From an uncultured archaeon (lineage in GTDB: Archaea; Asgardarchaeota; Heimdallarchaeia; Heimdallarchaeales; Heimdallarchaeaceae), in contig CAZJUB010000027.1 of the NCBI GenBank assembly GCA_964549075.1, positions 1 through 31,810 on the forward strand: DNA of 31,810 nucleotides, given 5' to 3'. The position numbers and the translations under genes were made by a program. The notes under the pieces were generated by a model, which saw only the letters and a list, made by a program, of their open reading frames with translations, made no database searches and was not told the origin of the DNA. This document shows positions 24,936 through 31,810 of this stretch, piece after piece. The first letter of the stretch is position 1. Each line of letters starts with the position of its first letter.

Positions 24936-25835
24936 ATGAGTCAAGACGACATAATGATGTATGAAGAGCTTCTACAGCTCTTAGAAGAAAGACACCAAAA
25001 GGCAGAGATAGACAAAGCTAGCTTCGAAGAGTTGAAAGAAAGATATGCAGAGAAGCTTGAAAAAGCAAAAGAAGCATTAAAATACCACCATGATGCACCA
25101 GCTGTCACAGTCGCTGGAGAGAAAACAATAACAAAAGACACCTTAACAGTATCAGGAGCTGCAACTATTGCTGGAGGGAAAATAATGAGGGATATCAGAA
25201 TATCAGGAGCTGGTAAAATTTCGGGACCAATTGAATGTAAATCATTAAAATGCTCAGGAGCTTTGAAAGCTTATAATATAATAGCTCATGGAGAAGTTAA
25301 ATGTTCTGGTTCCCTTAGAGTAGAAGGAAATCTGCATAGTGACGAAAATGCAACATTCAGTGGTTCAGCAAAAGCAACAGGGGAAGTAATAATTCAGGGG
25401 CACCTTACTGCTTCTGGTTCGTATAAAAGTGGTAAAAACACTCAAGCTGAAAAAGGTGCATCACTAACTGGATCTACCACAATAGAAGGAAATCTTCTAT
25501 CTAAAAATTCTATAAGAATTGGTGGAAAGGCTCGTATTGCTAAGAATATTCTTTGCGAGAACATACTAATTGAAGGAAGAAGAACAGTATTCGAATCTTG
25601 GTTTTTCAGAAAACACAAGAAATTAGTTAATGTTCTGGGGAGTATTGTTGTACAAAAAAATGTCGATGTTCAAGATGTTAATGTTCAGAAAGATATCAAA
25701 GGAAGAACAGTGAAATTAGGTCCAAATACATATGTAGGTGGAACAGTTTACTATGTTGAGGATTTATTTCTAAGTGAGAGTGTAAAATTACAACATGAAC
25801 CAAAAAAAGTTAAACAGGAAGAGCTAAAACTCTAA
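24936..25835 (+). CDS. Bactofilin-like (polymer-forming) beta-helix protein with N-terminal helical segment
   Basis: About 17-residue repeats of the form hSG.h.h.G.h (VSGAATIAGG, ISGAGKISGPI, CSGSLRVEGNL, FSGSAKATGEV, LTGSTTIEGNL). C-terminal IKGRTVKLGPNT...VYY resembles long bactofilins. Confidence 0.7.
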   Translation: MSQDDIMMYEELLQLLEERHQKAEIDKASFEELKERYAEKLEKAKEALKYHHDAPAVTVAGEKTITKDTLTVSGAATIAGGKIMRDIRISGAGKISGPIECKSLKCSGALKAYNIIAHGEVKCSGSLRVEGNLHSDENATFSGSAKATGEVIIQGHLTASGSYKSGKNTQAEKGASLTGSTTIEGNLLSKNSIRIGGKARIAKNILCENILIEGRRTVFESWFFRKHKKLVNVLGSIVVQKNVDVQDVNVQKDIKGRTVKLGPNTYVGGTVYYVEDLFLSESVKLQHEPKKVKQEELKL

Positions 25836-25850
25836 TCCTTTTTTATGTCT

Positions 25851-27368
25851 TTATAATTGATAAATTTCTGAGAATTTTTCTTGAAGATACGCAATGTGAT
25901 ATTTTGGAGTTAAACCTTCTCCAGTTATACTTCTAACTGTTTCTAAACAATCTAGAACTCCACCTCTCTCATGAACATTTACTCTAAGCCACTCACGGAT
26001 AGGAGTAAATTTACCTTCTTGTAATAAAAATTTCCAATCTGGAAGTTCTTTAGTCATTGTATTTGTAATCTGAGAAGAAATTAAATCTCCAATTCCATAT
26101 CCGAAGAAGTATCCATAGTACTGACTATACCAGTGTAAATCTTGCATCACTCCTACTGTATCATTTAGTACATTTATACCCAAATATTCCTTATATTTCT
26201 CATTCCATACTTGCGGTAGCTCTTTTGTTACAATTTTTCCAGCAAACCAATCTCTTTCTATTTCAAATCTGATAATTATATGTAAGATATAGGTTACTTC
26301 ATCGGCTTGAATTCTTATCAGACTTGGGGTGACTTGATTAAATGCTGGATAAAATTGATCCAACGAAATATCATCATAAACTTCCCCAGTGTCTTTTTTG
26401 AATTGAGGTAAATAATATTTCCAGAAATTTTTTGATCCAACAATTATATTTTCAATAAATCTTGATTGGGATTCTCCAAAACTTGGTGAAGACATCCTTC
26501 CTACTGGTAGATTATACCAATCAGCTCTTGCCTGCAAACTATCAAGAGCATGACCACACTCATGTGCACCTGCCCGAAATGCTTCTATAGGATTATTTTC
26601 ATGGTACTTTACTGTAACGCGGACATCTTTAAATCCCCCACCAATTGTTAAGGGATGTTCAACTTCTGCGATATTACCAACAGCATTTTCTGAGAAGCAG
26701 TCATATCCTAAAAACCTTGCAAGATTTTCAACCATGGTAATTTGTTTTGAACGAGGGACATGTCTTTCCAATAACATTCTGTCAGGTTCTATTTTTGATT
26801 CTTTGCATTTTTGAATGAATGGAACTAAAAAGGATTTTACTTCATTAAATATCTCGGTGAGCTTTGTAACACTGAAACCTTTGTCTCTATTATCTATTAA
26901 TGCATCAAAAGGATCATTCATGTTTTTAGATTTTGCTAATAATAAAGCTGATTCCATATTTAAATCAAATAATAGCTCCAAATCAGGTAAAACCATGCTG
27001 AAGTTTGATTTTTCTTTAGCTTTCTTCCATATTTCTAGTGTTTTGTTTGATTGTGCTGCTATTTTTCCAACAAGCTCTGCAGGTAAAATGGTTCGACTAT
27101 CATAAAATCTTCTGAGTAAAACAACATTTCTTTTCTGAAGATTGTCCAAAGTATCATCTTGTTCACAAGAATTTAAGAGAGATCCTACTGCTGGATCTGT
27201 TATAAGCTCATGGATTTTGCTACTGATATATTGAAATTGTTTTGCTCTATGTCCAACAGCAGCAGGTGGCATGTATGTATTTTGATCCCAGTAAAGAACA
27301 CCGCTTATCGAACTCAACATCCTTATTTCTTTATATCTTTCAATTAACTTCTCATAATCAGTTTTCAT
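25851..27368 (-). CDS. Carboxypeptidase, M32 (Taq/Pfu) family
   Basis: WDQNTYMP, EHP, DVRVT, HECGH zinc motif, ESQSRF, IRIQADEVTY, GVMQDLHW. Confidence 0.95.
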   Translation of the reverse strand: MKTDYEKLIERYKEIRMLSSISGVLYWDQNTYMPPAAVGHRAKQFQYISSKIHELITDPAVGSLLNSCEQDDTLDNLQKRNVVLLRRFYDSRTILPAELVGKIAAQSNKTLEIWKKAKEKSNFSMVLPDLELLFDLNMESALLLAKSKNMNDPFDALIDNRDKGFSVTKLTEIFNEVKSFLVPFIQKCKESKIEPDRMLLERHVPRSKQITMVENLARFLGYDCFSENAVGNIAEVEHPLTIGGGFKDVRVTVKYHENNPIEAFRAGAHECGHALDSLQARADWYNLPVGRMSSPSFGESQSRFIENIIVGSKNFWKYYLPQFKKDTGEVYDDISLDQFYPAFNQVTPSLIRIQADEVTYILHIIIRFEIERDWFAGKIVTKELPQVWNEKYKEYLGINVLNDTVGVMQDLHWYSQYYGYFFGYGIGDLISSQITNTMTKELPDWKFLLQEGKFTPIREWLRVNVHERGGVLDCLETVRSITGEGLTPKYHIAYLQEKFSEIYQL

Positions 27369-27411
27369 TTATGTCGTTTAAATCTTAATTTTAATATTCA
27401 AAAATATTACT

Positions 27412-27440
27412 AAAAAAATACTAAAAAAGAAAAAAAAGAA
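27412..27440 (-). terminator. U-rich terminator tract after enolase
   Basis: A-runs of 6-8 nt on the + strand just downstream of the enolase stop. Confidence 0.5.
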
Positions 27441-27444
27441 GTTT

Positions 27445-28692
27445 TTAATAACCTAAAAATTGAGCTGAATTTCCCAATTGTTCTTCTATACGTAATAACT
27501 GGTTATATTTAGCGGTTCGTTCTCCTCTAGCAGGAGCACCAGTTTTTATCCTTTCAGCTTTGATTGCAACAGCCAAATCAGCTATAAAAGTATCTTCTGT
27601 TTCACCAGATCTATGTGATATATTTATTCCCCAATTTGCAGTTCTAGCTAAGTCCGCTGCTTGGATAGCTTCAGTCAGAGTTCCAATTTGATTTACTTTC
27701 AAGAGAAGATAATTGGCAGCTTTCTTGTCTATAGCCATTTGAATTCTTTTAGGATTTGTAACTGTTAAATCATCAGCAACAATAGAAATGTTGGGAAGCT
27801 TTTCTAGTAATTTAGCAAATGAATCAAAATCGTTCTCATCAAATGGATCTTCCATTGAAATAATTGGATAGTTTTTGGCAAGATCTATATAATAATCTAC
27901 AAGTTGTTCTCCAGTTAATTTCTTACCGTCAACTTCATATAAACCATTTTCATAAAATTCCGAAGCTGCTGAATCTAAACCTATTGCTATTTGCTCTCCA
28001 GGGGTGTAACCTGCTTCTTTTATTGCTTCCACTAACATATCAAGTGCTTCAGGTGCTGTATCGACAGGACTTCCAAAACCACCTTCATCGCCTAAATTTA
28101 TTGCAGAAGGACCAAACTTCTTCAAAATATTCTTTAAAATCTGGTAAACTTCACAAGCTGCTCTCAAAGCTTCACTATATTTATCAAAACCGTGAGGAAT
28201 TAACATGAACTCCTGTATTTTTAAATTTCCTCCAGCATGTTTTCCACCATTAATAACATTTAGCATAGGTATTGGTAATGTTTTGGATTCTTTGTTTAAA
28301 TAAGCATAAACTGGTAAATTTAGTTCGTTTGCAGCAGCTTTGCAAACAGCCATTGAAACACCAAGAATAGCATTAGCACCTAGATTAGATTTTGTTTCAG
28401 TACCATCAAGTTTTATCATTAATTCATCGATTGCTTTTTGTTCTGTAACTTCCATACCAATGATTTTTGGTGCTATGATTTCACGTATGTTATTGACAGC
28501 TTTTAGAACTCCTTTACCTAAAAATCTTGAATCTTTGTCTCTAAGTTCTAAAGCTTCATATTCTCCTGTTGACGCCCCAGAAGGAACTGCTGCCCTGCCA
28601 AAACCTCCTTTGGTGTAAACATCAACTTCAACTGTTGGGTTACCTCTCGAATCTATAATTTCTCTTGGAATTACTTTAGTTATTTTACCCAT
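27445..28692 (-). CDS. eno: Enolase
   Basis: REIIDSRGNPTVEV, VPSGASTG, GDEGGF, LLKVNQIGTLTE, SHRSGETED, KTGAPARGERTAKYNQLLRIEE. Probable start at ATG 28692. Confidence 0.97.
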   Translation of the reverse strand: MGKITKVIPREIIDSRGNPTVEVDVYTKGGFGRAAVPSGASTGEYEALELRDKDSRFLGKGVLKAVNNIREIIAPKIIGMEVTEQKAIDELMIKLDGTETKSNLGANAILGVSMAVCKAAANELNLPVYAYLNKESKTLPIPMLNVINGGKHAGGNLKIQEFMLIPHGFDKYSEALRAACEVYQILKNILKKFGPSAINLGDEGGFGSPVDTAPEALDMLVEAIKEAGYTPGEQIAIGLDSAASEFYENGLYEVDGKKLTGEQLVDYYIDLAKNYPIISMEDPFDENDFDSFAKLLEKLPNISIVADDLTVTNPKRIQMAIDKKAANYLLLKVNQIGTLTEAIQAADLARTANWGINISHRSGETEDTFIADLAVAIKAERIKTGAPARGERTAKYNQLLRIEEQLGNSAQFLGY

Positions 28693-28750
28693 TTTTATCA
28701 ATAAAGAAAACAAAAAGTAATTCTTAAGGATTTTTACTTAACTATAAATC

Positions 28751-29779
28751 TTATCGAAAATGCTCATATCCTTCTTTAGAAAAATCATATTTCTTGTAAT
28801 CTTCATGAAGAATCTGAATGTCATTGAATTCATCTGAAAATTGACCTATTTTTATTAAAGGCAGATTCAATTCCTTAGCTGTTTGCACAAGTAATGATTC
28901 ATTTTCTGGAGATAATGCAAAAACCAATTCAAATTCTTCTCCTCCACTGAAGACAAAATCTAATGGATTAAAGTTAATGGTTTGTTTAACACTTTTCTGC
29001 TTTAGGAAATTGGAGAGTTTTGGGTGAATAGGTAAGTTTGTTATTCCAATACCCATATTGTTGATTTTTGATAAATCATTCAATGTTACAAAGAGTCCAT
29101 CAGAACTATCCATACAAATTTTTATTTTCACTTTTTGAAAGAGTGACAAGTATTGTATTTTTGCTTTTGGAGTATAAATAGATTCTAAAACTATTGATTG
29201 TAGTTCATCGGGAATAGGATTGTTTTCTAACAGATAGGAAAAACCAAATTTTGTTAAACCAAAATAACCAGTCGTATATAGTACATCACCTACATTAGCT
29301 CCTAATCGTGGAATAATTGATTCTTTGTTACTAATACCAAATGAAATAGCATCAATAATAACGTCCTCACCTTGATTAAGATCCCCTCCCAAATACTTTA
29401 TACCATACTCATCACATTGATCCTTAATTCCTATAATTACTTTTTTTGCACAGTCCACTTCTAAATCTTCAGGAAAAGCTACACTTGCTAAACAACCTAT
29501 AGGTTTTACACCTTTTGCAATTATATCACTTACAGACATGGTTACAGCTTTTCTCCCCATTTGTTCAGATGTCATACCGGGTAGAACATCTGTTCGTTTA
29601 ACCAACATATCTGCATTGATTACCAAGATATTGTCATCTGGAAGCTGGATGGCAGAAGCATCATCATTAAATCTGAGAACTGGATTATCGACAAGATATG
29701 CTATCTCTTGCAGGAAATTCCTCTCCCCTACATCACTCAAGGTTTTCTTAGGTATGTCTTTTGTTGATTTCTCTTTCAT
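28751..29779 (-). CDS. thiL: Thiamine-monophosphate kinase
   Basis: LSDVGE, DDASA, MGRKAVTMSVSDIIAKG, GGDLN, TGYFG, MDSSDGL, GGEEFELVF, C-terminal GYEHF. Confidence 0.93.
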   Translation of the reverse strand: MKEKSTKDIPKKTLSDVGERNFLQEIAYLVDNPVLRFNDDASAIQLPDDNILVINADMLVKRTDVLPGMTSEQMGRKAVTMSVSDIIAKGVKPIGCLASVAFPEDLEVDCAKKVIIGIKDQCDEYGIKYLGGDLNQGEDVIIDAISFGISNKESIIPRLGANVGDVLYTTGYFGLTKFGFSYLLENNPIPDELQSIVLESIYTPKAKIQYLSLFQKVKIKICMDSSDGLFVTLNDLSKINNMGIGITNLPIHPKLSNFLKQKSVKQTINFNPLDFVFSGGEEFELVFALSPENESLLVQTAKELNLPLIKIGQFSDEFNDIQILHEDYKKYDFSKEGYEHFR

Positions 29780-29861
29780 ATTTGTCCTCTAATAAGAATA
29801 TAATGATTTATTTCAAAAGAATTTCTGAAAAAAACGAAAATAAAAGGGAGATATAGCGGGA

Positions 29862-30692
29862 TTAACCTGTAGTAATCAAACCTGCAAAATAGAAGAAATA
29901 AACAAACAAAGCTATAGGAACAGTAATTGCAACAAACGCATTTACCCAAGCCATTTTTCCTATAGTTCGTAAAGCTATTGCTGAATAGACAATAAAAGCC
30001 ACCCATAAAACCAACATAATAACCCTATAAATCCACATCGCTGCGCCATTACTAACTGATTCCATTTGATTAGCAAATTCAGAGTAAGAATAAAACGTGC
30101 CAGCATGTAGATTCGGTAAAAATAACATAAATAGAATCCCGAGAAATTCCCCAACAGTAATAGCTCCAAGAGAATATCCAATAATCGATCGAAACTGTTT
30201 GGTTGTTGCATCAGATCCTAACATTGCTGCAAATTTTGCCATAAACCAAGTTGTAATGAAAATGAAAATTTTTAGCATCACCCAGATTATTAAAGGCATT
30301 AACAGGAATGTAACAAGGAAAACCAGTAAATTAATAGGTATAACCATTGACCATTGGTCTGGCTCAGGAGAAGCAGGAATTCGAATTTCAGTCTGAAATG
30401 TAATTCCAAATTTCATTAAAACTACAAAAAATCTTAGAGAAAGAAACAATGAGAATAATAAGAGGATAATATTTGCACCTTTCTTCTCTGTTGCTACTGC
30501 TATTTCTTCACTTGTTTTGAAAGGATGACGGAAGAAATTATACAATCTGATAAAGACCTCTTTAAGTGAAGGTCTAAACGAGAATTTTCTAAGCTCATAT
30601 TCTAAAAGTCCAAATCCGCAAAAGGGACAAACGGAATATTCCAAGGGGACAGTCTCAGAACAGCTAGGACATTTTTGTGTGCTTTCGCTCAT
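29862..30692 (-). CDS. Zinc-ribbon plus Yip1-like polytopic membrane protein
   Basis: CPSC...CPFCG ribbon, FFRHPFKT helix, about 5 hydrophobic segments, LGSDAT...IIGYS pattern typical of Yip1 domains. Confidence 0.65.
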   Translation of the reverse strand: MSESTQKCPSCSETVPLEYSVCPFCGFGLLEYELRKFSFRPSLKEVFIRLYNFFRHPFKTSEEIAVATEKKGANIILLLFSLFLSLRFFVVLMKFGITFQTEIRIPASPEPDQWSMVIPINLLVFLVTFLLMPLIIWVMLKIFIFITTWFMAKFAAMLGSDATTKQFRSIIGYSLGAITVGEFLGILFMLFLPNLHAGTFYSYSEFANQMESVSNGAAMWIYRVIMLVLWVAFIVYSAIALRTIGKMAWVNAFVAITVPIALFVYFFYFAGLITTG

Positions 30693-30785
30693 GTTTCTCA
30701 AATCTCTTTATTTGTTTATATTTAATATCTCTTGTGGCTAGTTAATGAAAACTTTTGTGATAAATGTAATCCAAAAAATAAAAAA

Positions 30786-31529
30786 TTACTTGGTTTTTTT
30801 CTTTATCAAATAGATAACTGAAAATAGGAGGAAAGAAATAAGAAATGTGTTGGTTGTTGATGTTTCAGCACAGTTTTGGGTTTCTAGGTTTAAATTAGTG
30901 ACATTAAGAGTAATTTCTAATTCATATAAACCAAATGAAGTATAAGCTTTGAGTAAAATTCCAGTGGCTTTATGATAATAAAAACTAGAAAATTGTCCGT
31001 AATAATTTGTTGTATTGAAATGAATTACTGAAATGGTGGTTTGTTCTTTTTCAAAAGTATATTCATAACAATCAATAGAGGTAACAGTAGTATTAGTTCC
31101 TTGAATTAAGGTTGAAATACCATCCCAATCTGATGAATCAGCAAAAAAACCACCACTCCAAGGGTAGATTCCTAAACCCAATCCAAAAGAGGTATCAATA
31201 TTTCTGACATCAGTGAAAGTTACATTATCCAACTCATTACCTATGAAAAGTGTTCCATTAATTGTATCTTCAGTAACTGATGTAACATTGAAATTCATTT
31301 CATCACCTGACAAAACAGACCAGTTACCAAAATAGGTTCCTGGAGGGAAACTGCCAAAGAAGTCGTTCACTGTGTCACTAGCATTTACTACAGTATATGA
31401 TAACCAATCGTTAGGACCCAATTCTATTTCTGCAGAAATTGCATTACCGTTCAATAGCATAAAGAGAATGTAGTATACCAGAATTACAAAAAGGACATTT
31501 TTGTTTCTAATATTTTTAATAAGAACCAA
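30786..31529 (-). CDS. Putative surface glycoprotein with C-terminal membrane anchor
   Basis: N-terminal signal peptide, T/N/S/G-rich beta domain with about 8 sequons, YYHKATGILL hairpin, T-rich linker, then a TM helix and KKKTK tail. Confidence 0.75.
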   Translation of the reverse strand: MVLIKNIRNKNVLFVILVYYILFMLLNGNAISAEIELGPNDWLSYTVVNASDTVNDFFGSFPPGTYFGNWSVLSGDEMNFNVTSVTEDTINGTLFIGNELDNVTFTDVRNIDTSFGLGLGIYPWSGGFFADSSDWDGISTLIQGTNTTVTSIDCYEYTFEKEQTTISVIHFNTTNYYGQFSSFYYHKATGILLKAYTSFGLYELEITLNVTNLNLETQNCAETSTTNTFLISFLLFSVIYLIKKKTK

Positions 31530-31550
31530 TTGGTATCACTTAAAGAGTAA

Positions 31551-31646
31551 TGGCGGACCAGGTAGGATTCGAACCTACGACCTCCTGCTGTCTTCAGTAT
31601 ATAACTTCCGAAGGCAGGTGCCTTATCCATACTAGACTACTGGCCC
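31551..31646 (-). tRNA. tRNA-Arg(TCG) with 18-nt intron and encoded CCA
   Basis: Reverse complement folds as GGGCCAG/CTGGTCC acceptor stem, GTCT/AGGC D stem, CCTGC/GCAGG anticodon stem with loop CT-TCG-GA after splicing, GTAGG-TTCGAAT-CCTAC T arm, and 3' GCCA. Mature length 78 nt. Confidence 0.96.
31590..31607 (-). other. tRNA intron at canonical position 37/38 (bulge-helix-bulge)
   Basis: Intron AAGTTATATACTGAAGAC. Central 4-bp helix CTTC/GAAG with 3-nt bulges GGA and ACA; outer helices are the anticodon stem and AGT/ACT. Confidence 0.92.
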
Positions 31647-31695
31647 ATGCTGGTATCTTGTTTTTCTTTTTGTTTTTATTTCTTCTGATGAGAGC

Positions 31696-31809
31696 TTAAA
31701 AATAAGTGAAAATTATATCACAATGAATGTGGTAATTTATCTTGGTAACCCATTTTCCATCCAAGTATTTTAGAGCCTCTCGAATTCCTTCTTTTTCTTT
31801 ATTGATTGT
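31696..31809 (-). CDS. Possible 3' end of a gene running in from beyond the window
   Basis: Open frame from the window edge, TINKEKEGIREALKYLDGKWVTKINYHIHCDIIFTYF*. Only 37 codons visible. Confidence 0.35.
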   Translation of the reverse strand, partial: TINKEKEGIREALKYLDGKWVTKINYHIHCDIIFTYF

Positions 31810-31810
31810 G

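Noticed and set aside
21510-25141. Nested opposite-strand ORFs 21510..21701, 22033..22323, 23299..23487, 23925..24122 and 24941..25141
   Set aside because: Antisense shadows of Nip7, aCPSF1, the PUA protein and the bactofilin-like gene.
26815-29792. + strand ORFs opposite the M32 peptidase, enolase and thiL
   Set aside because: Antisense to highly conserved genes, with no independent coding signal.
29776-30396. Alternative-frame ORFs 29776..30006, 29975..30211 and 30097..30396, including an ATGA overlap with thiL
   Set aside because: They overlap the Yip1-like gene. The C/F/L-rich content reflects off-frame reading of TM-encoding, T-rich DNA, and the main frame is complete without a frameshift.
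30786-31646. Integrated element at the tRNA 3' end
   Set aside because: No integrase, and I found no duplicate of the tRNA 3' half (att site) in the window. Downstream genes are housekeeping (thiL, eno).
1-31810. CRISPR arrays, IS elements, rRNA, defence islands
   Set aside because: Intergenic gaps are all under about 180 nt, with no periodic repeats, transposase motifs or long GC-rich structured tracts other than the tRNA.

Overview
AT-rich, gene-dense archaeal chromosomal segment with about 27 protein-coding genes and one intron-containing tRNA. It most likely comes from an Asgard archaeon, possibly Heimdallarchaeia-like. This is an inference from three things: a ribophorin-I-like OST subunit, archaeal core genes (aCPSF1/FttA, egsA, UPF0179, Nop2-Nip7, long-type FKBP, Trm112, BHB-intron tRNA-Arg), and bacterial/eukaryotic-type MetK and MutS1-MutL. 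Most of the window is housekeeping: DNA repair, RNA modification and processing, lipid synthesis and central metabolism. The points that stand out are: (1) a 440-aa LAGLIDADG homing-endonuclease intein in the Walker A motif of MutS1; (2) an otherwise intact sugar N-acetyltransferase with one in-frame TAG at a position usually Trp; (3) a divergent ArsR-type regulator / bactofilin-like pair that share a similar SHOCT-like helical segment and flank inverted repeats; (4) a translationally coupled three-gene membrane module (wHTH + TM, helical ectodomain, glycosylated ectodomain; DUF1616-like); (5) an E1/ThiF-like enzyme lacking the crossover-loop Cys; and (6) a zinc-ribbon Yip1-like membrane protein. 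No CRISPR array, IS element, integrase or rRNA was seen. All family calls come from motif recognition by eye, not database searches.
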